Source: a virus
Strand: one strand, 5' to 3'
Virus record (IMG/VR): IMGVR_UViG_3300028569_001145
Coordinates: 40,702 to 104,701 of that record
Length of the DNA stretch: 64,000 bases
Positions 35,830-45,179 of the stretch are shown here, piece by piece (positions within the stretch are counted from its first letter, which is position 1; each line of letters opens with the position of its first letter). A program made the position numbers and the translations under genes. Under the pieces are notes generated by a model. It saw only the letters and a list, made by a program, of their open reading frames with translations, ran no database searches and was not told the origin of the DNA.

Positions 35830-37722
35830 ATGGCAGATACCAGTATACTTAGCAGACTACGTAGATTATTTTCTACTGATGTTATTATTAGAAACGTCGG
35901 AGGAGAACAACTAAAAGTTGCTGACACCAATCAAATTCAAATGTCCGGAGAGTTGGAAAATAACTCTCTTTTTTCTAGATACAATAGAATATACACGACA
36001 TCCCCAACATCCCTCTACGGATACCAATCATCATTTAACTACCAGACTTTAAGAACCCAATTGTATTCTGAGTATGATGCTATGGATACTGATGCAATTA
36101 TTGCTTCAGCTCTAGACATTCTTTCAGAAGAATCTACCTTGAAAAACGATATGGGGGAGGTTTTGCATATCCGATCTACAGATGAAAATATTCAAAAGAT
36201 TTTATACAATTTATTCTACGACGTATTAAATGTTGAATTTAATTTAAGCTGGTGGATTAGAAATATGTGTAAGTATGGAGATTTTTTCTTAAAATTAGAA
36301 ATCTCTGAGAAGTTTGGAGTCTACAATGTCATTCCTTTTTCTGCATTTAATATAGAAAGACAAGAAGGTTACGACCCAGAAAACCCAATGAAGGTACGAT
36401 TCAGGTACGACCCTGATGGACTTGCAGCAGATACTTATGGATATTTTAAGCTACCTAATCAAAACGATAGCAAATCCCTTTACTTCGATAACTATGAGAT
36501 AGCACACTTCAGATTACTAACAGATATCAACTTCTTACCTTATGGCCGTTCTTATATTGAACCTGCTAGAAAGTTATTCAAGCAGTATACCTTAATGGAG
36601 GATGCAATGTTAGTACACAGGATTGTAAGAGCTCCTGAGAAGCGTATTTTCTATATGAACGTAGGTGGTATCCCTCCTACAGAAGTAGAGAACTTTATGC
36701 AGAAAGCTATCTCTAAGATGAAACGTACCCCTTATATTGATCAAACAACCGGTGAATATAATCTTAAGTATAACATGCAGAACCTTATGGAGGATTTCTA
36801 CATTCCTGTGAGAGGTAATGACACTTCAACTAAGATTGATACTTTAGGGGGTTTGCAGTATGACGGTATAACGGACGTTACATACCTAAGAGACAAGTTA
36901 TTTGCTGCTTTGAGAATTCCAAAAGCATTTTTAGGTTATGATGAGAACGTTCAAGGTAAAGCAACACTTGCTGCTGAAGATATTCGCTTTGGTAGAACAG
37001 TAGAGAAAATACAGAGAATCATTACTTCAGAACTATATAAGATTGCTTTTGTGCATCTATATACACAAGGTTATACAGAAGAGGGGTTGACTAACTTTGA
37101 AATTTCTTTAACTACTCCATCTATTATTTACGACCAAGAAAGAGTAGCTTTAATGAAAGAAAAAATGGAGTTAGTAAACTCTATGATGGATTCTCAACTA
37201 TTCTCTTCTGATTGGATTTATGATAATATATTCCACTTAAGCCAAGATGAATACGCAGAAATGAGAGACCTTGCTCTACAAGATGCTAAACGTAAATTCC
37301 GTATGTCGCAGATCGAAAACGAAGGAAACGATCCTTTGGAGACTGGTAAATCTTTTGGAACTCCACATGATATTGCAACAGCTTACGGCAAAGGTAGGGT
37401 ATACGAGAGACCAGGTAACGTACCGGATGGCTATAATGAGGACGAACCTACTTTAGGTCGCCCTAAAGAAAAAGCATCTCATTACGGAACTCAAAACGAC
37501 CCTCTAGGTCAGGATAGAATCGGCAAAGTAGGTATGAAGACTGATGACCAGCAGGGATACGGTAGAGATAAATCAGCACCATTTGCTATGGAAACAAAGA
37601 AGCATTTCTACAAATACCAGAACATTTTAGATTCTATGACAGAGAAAAAAGTATTGCTATTTGAAGCAGAAAAAACAGCAGAGAATATGCTGGATGAGAG
37701 TCAATTAAGAGAAGAGATTTAA
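35830..37722 (+). CDS. portal protein (T4 gp20-like)
   Basis: LMEDAMLVHRIVRAPEKRIFY, MEDFYIPVRG, KLFAALRIP. Confidence 0.95.
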   Translation: MADTSILSRLRRLFSTDVIIRNVGGEQLKVADTNQIQMSGELENNSLFSRYNRIYTTSPTSLYGYQSSFNYQTLRTQLYSEYDAMDTDAIIASALDILSEESTLKNDMGEVLHIRSTDENIQKILYNLFYDVLNVEFNLSWWIRNMCKYGDFFLKLEISEKFGVYNVIPFSAFNIERQEGYDPENPMKVRFRYDPDGLAADTYGYFKLPNQNDSKSLYFDNYEIAHFRLLTDINFLPYGRSYIEPARKLFKQYTLMEDAMLVHRIVRAPEKRIFYMNVGGIPPTEVENFMQKAISKMKRTPYIDQTTGEYNLKYNMQNLMEDFYIPVRGNDTSTKIDTLGGLQYDGITDVTYLRDKLFAALRIPKAFLGYDENVQGKATLAAEDIRFGRTVEKIQRIITSELYKIAFVHLYTQGYTEEGLTNFEISLTTPSIIYDQERVALMKEKMELVNSMMDSQLFSSDWIYDNIFHLSQDEYAEMRDLALQDAKRKFRMSQIENEGNDPLETGKSFGTPHDIATAYGKGRVYERPGNVPDGYNEDEPTLGRPKEKASHYGTQNDPLGQDRIGKVGMKTDDQQGYGRDKSAPFAMETKKHFYKYQNILDSMTEKKVLLFEAEKTAENMLDESQLREEI

Positions 37723-37747
37723 TACTATATTTATTATAAACCATACA

Positions 37748-38584
37748 TTGATGTCAATCAAGCATTCAAAATACAGAAATACTGGACTTCTTTTCGAACT
37801 GCTGGTGAGACAGGTTACTTCTGATACTTTAGAAGGAAAAAAATCACCCGCAATCAACATACTTAAGAAATATTTCGTTAATACTGAATTAGGTAAGGAG
37901 TATCGTTTATATGAACAGTTAACTTTACGTAAGTCTTTAACAGAAGCTAAAGCTGAGATCATTATTAACACTCTAGTAGAAGCTTCAACTAAGTTGAAAA
38001 GAGCTGAAATTAGAAAACAAAAATATAACCTAGTTAAGGAAATTAAAAATAACTACGATTTAGAAAATTTCTTCAAAGCTAAGGTTAATAATTATAAGAT
38101 TTATGCTGCTCTGAACAACTTGATTGAAAATCAGTCTTTAGAGGATGTAAAACCTTCGGCGGTAATCAACAACAAACTTACATTACTAGAACACTTAACC
38201 GCCACCCCGGTTAAACAACCTGTAGATGAGTTAGTAGCAGAATACAAAACCTACAGTAAGGATGTACGCATCTTGACTTACCAAATGCTTTTAGAGAAGT
38301 TTAATGAGAAGTATGATCATTTAAACACAAAACAAAAAGAAGTACTTCGCCAGGTCATTAATTCAGTAGACAACACCGACAAATTAAAAGACTATTACAA
38401 TAGCCAAATCTTAGAGATACAAAAAATATTAGCAAAAAAACAAACCACAGTAGTTAATGAAGTAGTAAAAATTAAGCTACAAGAAGTGAGTAAATATATC
38501 AAGCCATTAGAAAAGACAGAAAAACTAACTAATGATTGTGTAATCAACCTATTACAGTATTACGAACTACTTAACGAACTTTAA
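37748..38584 (+). CDS. head-module protein
   Basis: IKHSKYRNTGLLFELLVRQ; lies between portal and protease. Confidence 0.75.
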   Translation: MMSIKHSKYRNTGLLFELLVRQVTSDTLEGKKSPAINILKKYFVNTELGKEYRLYEQLTLRKSLTEAKAEIIINTLVEASTKLKRAEIRKQKYNLVKEIKNNYDLENFFKAKVNNYKIYAALNNLIENQSLEDVKPSAVINNKLTLLEHLTATPVKQPVDELVAEYKTYSKDVRILTYQMLLEKFNEKYDHLNTKQKEVLRQVINSVDNTDKLKDYYNSQILEIQKILAKKQTTVVNEVVKIKLQEVSKYIKPLEKTEKLTNDCVINLLQYYELLNEL

Positions 38585-38586
38585 TT

Positions 38587-38808
38587 ATGACTAGAACTGA
38601 ATTCAAACAAAAACTCAAGGAAATGATTAAAGAAGAATCAGCTTCCGGTGCTGCTGGAGGGTATAGTACCCCGTATGCATTCAATCCAAATAAGAATGCT
38701 CAAGGCACTTCCCGTAATTACTACTTAAAGATGGGTTGGAAATTAGTTAATAAAGCTAAAACCAGAAAAGCAGCTAAGGGAATGGAGTATAAAGACCTTT
38801 GGAAGTAA
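38587..38808 (+). CDS. small head-module protein
   Basis: LKEMIKEE..GYSTPYAF. Confidence 0.7.
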   Translation: MTRTEFKQKLKEMIKEESASGAAGGYSTPYAFNPNKNAQGTSRNYYLKMGWKLVNKAKTRKAAKGMEYKDLWK

Positions 38809-38828
38809 TTATTAGATATTTATAACAT

Positions 38829-40511
38829 ATGAAAAGCCTACAAAATAAATACAACCTTATTAAAGAAGGTAAAGGCAATAAAGAACTATTCTTAAAAGAA
38901 GCAAAAGCATTATTTCCAAACGTGGTTACTAATGCCCTAACCTTTGATCAAGCCATTCACAACCTATCAGAAAGAGGGATCATCTCTGAAGCTTTAGTAT
39001 TTGGAGGGATTGCACAACCAACCACCCCGGACTGGTTTAAAGTCTTTAAAGAGAATACCGGCGATGTAAAAGCCGAACTCAAAAAGACTGATAAAGAAGT
39101 TGAAGAAGCTGAAACTAAGGGGTTTGACTACAAGGATAAGAAAAACAACAATAACATTTCAACAGCTGAAATTTTAAGCGGTTACTATGTAGAAATGAAA
39201 GACCCTAAAAATGCTGAAAAGACTGAGACTGAAATTAAAGCAATGGTGTTCAAGAATCTTGAGAAAGATCCTTTACATTATGTAAAAGAAGGTCAATTCG
39301 GTGTTAAAGAATTGGGTTATAAAGATGAAGCTCCTGGTTTAGGTAAACCTAAAGAAGTAACAGGTAAATACAAATCATCCGGAATGGAACCTGTTAAATT
39401 AAACGAAGCAAAGCATAGTGATGAAGCTGATCTAAAAATTTACAAATCAGAATTAAAGATGCTTACTAAAGTTAAACCAACAGGAGAAAAGCAATTAAAG
39501 AGAAAAGAAGAACTAGAAAAGAAAATTGCTGATTTAGAAAAAAAGGTAACAGAAGTGTTTTACGGAAGCTCTGATGGGGATTATGATGCCCAGGAAGAGG
39601 ACAGACAAATGGCCTACTACAACTACGATAAAGGGCTAGAAGCTTACAGCGAAGGAGATTATTTAAAAGCAGATAGGTACTACACAGCTGCTTTAAGATA
39701 TGGAAGTTACCTAGGTTGGACTGAACAAGATTTACCTCCTTACGGTGATGATATGAATGAATCATTAAACGAAGGCTACGGAATGTCATTAGCAGATGCT
39801 ATGAAACAGGCATATGAAGAAAGTCTTAATGGATACGTGCAACACGTTGAAGATAATGGAGATGGCACTTTTAAAGTAACAGACTGGTATGATAGTGACA
39901 ACACAGTAGTTAGTTTCGAAGATGGTAGAAAGTTTAATGATAAGACATCAGAATATGAATTAGGGGAAATTGATATTACCGGAGTTGCAGGATCAGATGA
40001 AGAAGATGATTGGAGAGAAGGAGCTAGAGGTGTTAGACGTCCTAAACCAAAACAAGAGACTTTATCAGAAGTTAAAAGAAAAGCAGTAGAAAAGCACCTT
40101 AAGGAAATTGAAAAACTAGGTGAAATTGCATCTGTTGCTCATAAAATTCAAAAAATTAACGAAAAAATTGAAGAACTTAACAACAGACTCACTATGTCAG
40201 AAGGTGATGATGTTAAGGAAATAGTTGATAAAAAAGCTGTAAAAGAGATTCAAAAAGATATAAAACTTTACGAAAAGAAAAAAGCTTTCTACGAAAAAAT
40301 GCATTCTAAGATGTCTAAAAAAGCAGGAGTAGAACCTATGGAAGAAGAAGTTCCTATTATGGAAGCTGATGATGATAAGCCTGCATTTAATGACCCTGAG
40401 GGTGATATGATTCGTAATGCAATGAAAAGAGACACTGGAACTAAATTAAGACCCTGGTCTGAAATTGTCAAAGACATACTAAAAGACAAAGTACCCGGAA
40501 CAAGTAAATAA
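38829..40511 (+). CDS. large charged modular protein, putative internal-head polyprotein
   Basis: Segments bounded by ISE/LNE/VTE/LSE sites; coupled to the protease gene. Confidence 0.7.
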   Translation: MKSLQNKYNLIKEGKGNKELFLKEAKALFPNVVTNALTFDQAIHNLSERGIISEALVFGGIAQPTTPDWFKVFKENTGDVKAELKKTDKEVEEAETKGFDYKDKKNNNNISTAEILSGYYVEMKDPKNAEKTETEIKAMVFKNLEKDPLHYVKEGQFGVKELGYKDEAPGLGKPKEVTGKYKSSGMEPVKLNEAKHSDEADLKIYKSELKMLTKVKPTGEKQLKRKEELEKKIADLEKKVTEVFYGSSDGDYDAQEEDRQMAYYNYDKGLEAYSEGDYLKADRYYTAALRYGSYLGWTEQDLPPYGDDMNESLNEGYGMSLADAMKQAYEESLNGYVQHVEDNGDGTFKVTDWYDSDNTVVSFEDGRKFNDKTSEYELGEIDITGVAGSDEEDDWREGARGVRRPKPKQETLSEVKRKAVEKHLKEIEKLGEIASVAHKIQKINEKIEELNNRLTMSEGDDVKEIVDKKAVKEIQKDIKLYEKKKAFYEKMHSKMSKKAGVEPMEEEVPIMEADDDKPAFNDPEGDMIRNAMKRDTGTKLRPWSEIVKDILKDKVPGTSK

Positions 40512-41128
40512 TGAGTAAAAGTCTACTTATAGAAACTATAGCCTTCACTCCTACCCCGCTAAAACTTAGTGAGGGTAAGGGTGGTTCTGGGCTTCCTTTA
40601 GTTGAAGGTATTTTAGCTACTGCCGAAGTTAAAAACGGCAATGGTAGGTATTATAGTAAAAAGATCTGGGATAGAGAAATTAACAAGTATATGGACTCTG
40701 TTAGACAAAATAGAGCCGTTGGAGAATTAGACCATCCTGAATCCACAGTTATTAACCTTAAAAATGTTTGCCATAACATCAAAGATATTTGGTGGAACGG
40801 TGATCACATAATGGGCAAGATTGAATTACTTCCAACACCATCAGGTAATATACTACAAGCATTAATTAACTCAGGTATTACTGTAGGAGTATCTTCTAGA
40901 GGAATGGGATCGGTTAAACAAATGGGAGAGACTTTAGAAGTTCAAGATGATTTCGAGTTGCTTTGTTTCGATTTTGTATCTACCCCATCTAATCCAGGAT
41001 CTTGGATGTACCCAAGTGGGAAGCATACTATGAATGAATCTTTAAATATAGACAGTGAAGGCTACGTAAAAGCTAATGAAATCATTCGAGAAATCCTCTG
41101 TGCACATGGCAACTGTCCATTATTTTAA
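40511..41128 (+). CDS. prohead protease (T4 gp21-like)
   Basis: NGNGRYY, GELDHP, GVSSRGMGS, DFVSTPS. Confidence 0.95.
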   Translation: MSKSLLIETIAFTPTPLKLSEGKGGSGLPLVEGILATAEVKNGNGRYYSKKIWDREINKYMDSVRQNRAVGELDHPESTVINLKNVCHNIKDIWWNGDHIMGKIELLPTPSGNILQALINSGITVGVSSRGMGSVKQMGETLEVQDDFELLCFDFVSTPSNPGSWMYPSGKHTMNESLNIDSEGYVKANEIIREILCAHGNCPLF

Positions 41129-41172
41129 TAGAACCCTAGCATAGTTTTTCAAAGTCCGCCTATTTATAATAG

Positions 41173-41898
41173 ATGGAAAAAGTATGCCCTACCTGTAAAG
41201 TATCAAAATCTCTTCAAGAATTTAGTAAGAATAAATTAAGGAAAGACGGCTTACAAAGAGAATGCAAGGTTTGCTGCAAAGCAAATCACGATAAACACTA
41301 CTACTTAAAAAAATCACCAAGCCGTTTTAAAACACCAGATCTCCCCGGACACAAAACTTGTACAACCTGTAAAGAAGTTAAGGCATTTGAAGAGTATAGC
41401 AAACTGAAAGCAGGAAAGTATGGGTTAGCAGCAAAATGTAAAATCTGTAGCGCAGCAAGTCACGATAAATGGAGACAGGGGGCAGGTAGAGAATGGGAGA
41501 ACATATACGTTAGGACTAGAAAGAAAAACGACTCTAATTACAAAGTAAAAGCACTGCTTAGGTTGAGATTACTAGACGCAGTAAAAAGACACACAGCCGG
41601 AGGAAAGGTTAATAAAAAACACTCAGCAGTAGCCTTACTAGGCTGTACAGTAGAGCAAGCAGTTGAATATTTAGAAAAGCAATTCTTACCGGAGATGAAT
41701 TGGAATAACCACGGTAAAATCTGGGAGATCGACCATATAAAACCTTGCGCTTCCTATAACTTAGAAAACCCGGAAGAGCAAAAAGAATGCTTTAATTATA
41801 AAAACCTTCAACCTCTATTTATAACCAGTAAGATTGCACAAGAGTATGGGTACACAAACTACAGAGGCAACAGGAATAAATTAGATAAGATATTTTAA
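41173..41898 (+). CDS. HNH homing endonuclease with two Zn ribbons
   Basis: CPTC..CKVC, CTTC..CKIC, WEIDHIKP..CFNYKNLQPL..N. Confidence 0.85.
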   Translation: MEKVCPTCKVSKSLQEFSKNKLRKDGLQRECKVCCKANHDKHYYLKKSPSRFKTPDLPGHKTCTTCKEVKAFEEYSKLKAGKYGLAAKCKICSAASHDKWRQGAGREWENIYVRTRKKNDSNYKVKALLRLRLLDAVKRHTAGGKVNKKHSAVALLGCTVEQAVEYLEKQFLPEMNWNNHGKIWEIDHIKPCASYNLENPEEQKECFNYKNLQPLFITSKIAQEYGYTNYRGNRNKLDKIF

Positions 41899-41926
41899 CC
41901 CCTCTTAGGATAGTATCCTTTGATTG

Positions 41927-41959
41927 ACCCTCCCCTAAAAAAGGAGGGTTTCTTTTTTT
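41927..41959 (+). terminator. intrinsic terminator
   Basis: ACCCTCC/GGAGGGT stem followed by TTCTTTTTTT. Confidence 0.8.
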
Positions 41960-42056
41960 GCAAAAAAGTACCATATTTATATTTGTATGTAGTATTCTCT
42001 AATATACTACCCTATCAAAAAATACACCCTTTATTACGCTCCTTTTATTAAGCGTA
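41957..42056 (+). promoter_or_regulatory. overlapping Bacteroidota-type (TTTG-N17-TATATTTG) and late (TATTTATA) promoters with two leader hairpins
   Basis: TTTG 41957, TATATTTG 41978; GTAGTAT/ATACTAC and TACGCT/AGCGTA hairpins before the scaffold start. Confidence 0.5.
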
Positions 42057-42087
42057 TTTCCCAAACAAAAATTATTATTAGGAAAAA

Positions 42088-43392
42088 ATGTCAAACAGAG
42101 ATTTGTTAAAAGAAGCGATTGCTGATGCAAAAGCTGTCAAAGAAATCGCTATTACTAATGCTAAAGCTGCATTAGAAGAGGCGTTCACTCCTCATTTGAT
42201 GTCAATGTTCGAACAAAAACTAACAGAGATGGAAGATGAAAGTGAAAAGAAACACTCTATGGAAGAAGAAATGCACGATGACGAGCATAAAGACACCATG
42301 GAAGAAGAATTAGACGAGGACTTGGAATTAGAAGCTTTATTGAGAGAACTTGAGGAAGCAGAAAAAGAAGAGTCTGAAGAAGAAGAGGAATCTGAAGAAG
42401 AGGAAACCGAAGAGGGAGAATCTGAAGAAGAGGAATCTGAAGAAGTAGAACTAGACTTTGATGAAATGGAAAAGAATCCTGAGAAGTTTACTGACATGAT
42501 TGAAAAGATTGTTGATGAAGTTATCGACGAAATGATCGCTGACGGTGAATTAGAAGGAGGACATCCTGGAATGGAAGATGAAGCTGGTGCTATGGAACCT
42601 ACAATGGATGCTGAAGAAGAAGCTGGTGAAGACATGGAAATGCCTACAATGGCAGAAGCTAGAAAATCTAAACACTCTAAGGTAATGAAAGAACAGGTTA
42701 GTGCTGAAACTTGGATACAAATTATAGCAAACTACGGAGGGTATCATTCTGAGAAGGTAAACTACGAGACTGAAAGTTTTAAAGGAAACACCTCGGAAAT
42801 GAAAAACAAAGTACAAACTTTGATGGATAATGAACAAATCAGTGAAGGTATGGAACTCGACTTTTCAGACTCTAAAGTAGTTGCTTTCACGAACTATGAC
42901 GGCGAGTTTGTATTTTTTGTAAAGAAAGATGCATTTCCCGGCCCGGTAGATGAAAATTTTGTAGATGCGGTAGAAGAGTATGTATATAACGGAGGCATGA
43001 CCGAAGCTAGAAAATCTAAACACTCTAAGGTAATGAAAGAACTTAAAGAAGCTCGCACTGCTTTAAAAACCATCCAATCAGAATTGAATGAAGTTAACGT
43101 ACTAAATTCAAAACTTCTTTATGTAAACAAGATCTTCAAAGCACAAAACTTAACAGAAGGTCAAAAAGTTCACGTTTTAGCAGCATTCGATAAAGCTGAA
43201 ACAGTGAAAGAAAGTAAATTGATTTATGAAACTTTGAAAAATAACTTAGCTAAAACAGCTACTGCTAAAAAGAAAGAGTTTATCAATGAATCAAAAAGTT
43301 TTGCATCAAAATCAGTTGGAACTTCGCCAAAACAGCCTGTGGTGGAGACTAATCCAATGGTAGAGAGATTTAAAAAACTTGCAGGCTTATAA
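42088..43392 (+). CDS. prohead core scaffolding protein (gp22-like)
   Basis: LLKEAIADAKAVKE.A..NAK.ALEEAF, E-rich tract, LNEVNVLNSKLLY, C-terminal RFKKLAGL; directly upstream of MCP. Confidence 0.85.
   Translation: MSNRDLLKEAIADAKAVKEIAITNAKAALEEAFTPHLMSMFEQKLTEMEDESEKKHSMEEEMHDDEHKDTMEEELDEDLELEALLRELEEAEKEESEEEEESEEEETEEGESEEEESEEVELDFDEMEKNPEKFTDMIEKIVDEVIDEMIADGELEGGHPGMEDEAGAMEPTMDAEEEAGEDMEMPTMAEARKSKHSKVMKEQVSAETWIQIIANYGGYHSEKVNYETESFKGNTSEMKNKVQTLMDNEQISEGMELDFSDSKVVAFTNYDGEFVFFVKKDAFPGPVDENFVDAVEEYVYNGGMTEARKSKHSKVMKELKEARTALKTIQSELNEVNVLNSKLLYVNKIFKAQNLTEGQKVHVLAAFDKAETVKESKLIYETLKNNLAKTATAKKKEFINESKSFASKSVGTSPKQPVVETNPMVERFKKLAGL
42655..43042 (+). repeat. perfect 40-bp direct repeat within the scaffold gene
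   Basis: GAAGCTAGAAAATCTAAACACTCTAAGGTAATGAAAGAAC at 42655-42694 and 43003-43042. Confidence 0.95.
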
Positions 43393-43423
43393 CAACCTAT
43401 TTATAAAAACACACATTTAAGAA

Positions 43424-45061
43424 ATGTCAAACGTACAAACATTACTAGAATCTGCTAACCCATGGCAGTCTTTGCAATCTGACGCTGCTAGATTGGCAAA
43501 AAAATGGGGCGCTACTGGCCTTTTAGGAGGCATCAGTAACGAAACTGAGAAAAACAACATGTCAATGATCCTTGAGAACCAAGCCAAGCAGTTGGTTATT
43601 GAGCAGTCTCAAACTGGAACTGGTGCTAGCTTTACTGCAGGTACTGGTGAGCAGTGGGCTGGTATTGCTCTTCCTTTGGTAAGAAAGGTATTTGGTCAAA
43701 TCGCTGCTAAAGAATTCGTTTCTGTTCAGCCTATGAACCTACCTTCAGGTCTTGTATTCTTCTTGGATTTCCAATATGGAACTACAAAGAATCCTTTTAC
43801 TGCAGGTAACTCTATGTATGGTGATACTTCTGCTAACTTCGGTAACACCTCAACTGGTGCTCTTTACGGTGCAGGTAGATTCACCTACTCTACTAACCAG
43901 TTCTCTGCTTCTGGTGTAACTGCAACTGCAACTTCTGCTTCTTTTGCAAGCGTTAATTTTGACTCAGCTTATTCTGCTTCTGTAGCAGCTGATGAAATCA
44001 AAAGATTGACTATTGCTAACATCTCCTCAGTACTAAGTGACTACGATTCATTAGCTGTTAGAGGCTTCTTGATCAACTCAGGTTCAGTAACTGACGGTAA
44101 AGTATTGCAAGAGTTAACTAAAATTAACGGAACTTCTCTTGAGTTCTACGTAACTGCATCTACTGCACAGATCCCAACTTTGAATGGATTCACAGTATTC
44201 TACAATAAGTTGACTAAAGACAATGCAAGAGGTGATTTCGAAGCTGGTGCTTCTTACTCTACTCCTAACGCTGAGTCTGAATCTACTATCGTTATCCCTC
44301 AGATTAACGTTCAAATGAGATCTGAACCTATTGTTGCTAAGACTAAAAAGTTGAAAGCACAATGGACTCCTGAATTTGCTCAAGACTTGAATGCATACCA
44401 TAGCTTGGATGCTGAAGCTGAATTGACAGCTGTAATGTCTGAGTACATCTCTTTGGAGATTGACATGGAGATTTTGGATATGTTAATCGAGTCTGCTGCT
44501 GCTGGTACTGAGTACTGGTCTGCTGCTAACAACAACTTCCTAAACGCAGGTGGAACAGCCTTCACTTCTGCAGGTGTTGATGCTGGTGGATTCTACAACA
44601 GCCAAGGACAGTGGTTCCAAACTTTGGGAACTAAGATGCAGAAATTGTCTAACATTATCCATCAAAGAACTTTGCGTGGTGGTGCTAACTTCTGCGTAGT
44701 ATCTCCTACTGTTGCTACTATCTTGGAAAGTATCCCAGGCTTTGCTTCTACTTCTAACGGTGACGTTACTGTAGCTAGCTATGCATTCGGTGTACAGAAG
44801 ATGGGTCAAATCAACAACAGATACACTGTTTACAAGAACCCTTACATGAAGGAAAACACCATCTTGATGGGCTTCAAAGGTAGCCAATTCTTGGAAACTG
44901 GTGCTGTATTTGCTCCTTACATTCCATTGATCATGACTCCTTTGGTGTATGATCCTGATACCTTCGTTCCACGTAAAGGTCTTTTGACTAGATACGCTAA
45001 GAAGATGGTCAGACCAGAATTTTATGGTAAAATTTACGTAAGTGGCTTGAACACTTTGTAA
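43424..45061 (+). CDS. major capsid protein (T4 gp23-like)
   Basis: ILENQ, VSVQPMNLPSGLVF, KTKKLKAQWTPEFAQDLNAYH, APYIPL, GLLTRYA. Confidence 0.97.
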   Translation: MSNVQTLLESANPWQSLQSDAARLAKKWGATGLLGGISNETEKNNMSMILENQAKQLVIEQSQTGTGASFTAGTGEQWAGIALPLVRKVFGQIAAKEFVSVQPMNLPSGLVFFLDFQYGTTKNPFTAGNSMYGDTSANFGNTSTGALYGAGRFTYSTNQFSASGVTATATSASFASVNFDSAYSASVAADEIKRLTIANISSVLSDYDSLAVRGFLINSGSVTDGKVLQELTKINGTSLEFYVTASTAQIPTLNGFTVFYNKLTKDNARGDFEAGASYSTPNAESESTIVIPQINVQMRSEPIVAKTKKLKAQWTPEFAQDLNAYHSLDAEAELTAVMSEYISLEIDMEILDMLIESAAAGTEYWSAANNNFLNAGGTAFTSAGVDAGGFYNSQGQWFQTLGTKMQKLSNIIHQRTLRGGANFCVVSPTVATILESIPGFASTSNGDVTVASYAFGVQKMGQINNRYTVYKNPYMKENTILMGFKGSQFLETGAVFAPYIPLIMTPLVYDPDTFVPRKGLLTRYAKKMVRPEFYGKIYVSGLNTL

Positions 45062-45085
45062 GATTAACCATACTAGTCTTCATAA

Positions 45086-45113
45086 AGAGCCCGGCGAAAG
45101 TCGGGCTTTTTTT
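45086..45113 (+). terminator. intrinsic terminator after MCP
   Basis: GAGCCCGGC-GAAA-GTCGGGCTT followed by a T tract. Confidence 0.9.
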
Positions 45114-45179
45114 ATATAATAAAGTTTTTTGTTAGGCAGTAATATCATATATTTATTATTAAATAATCCCCTTAGCGTT

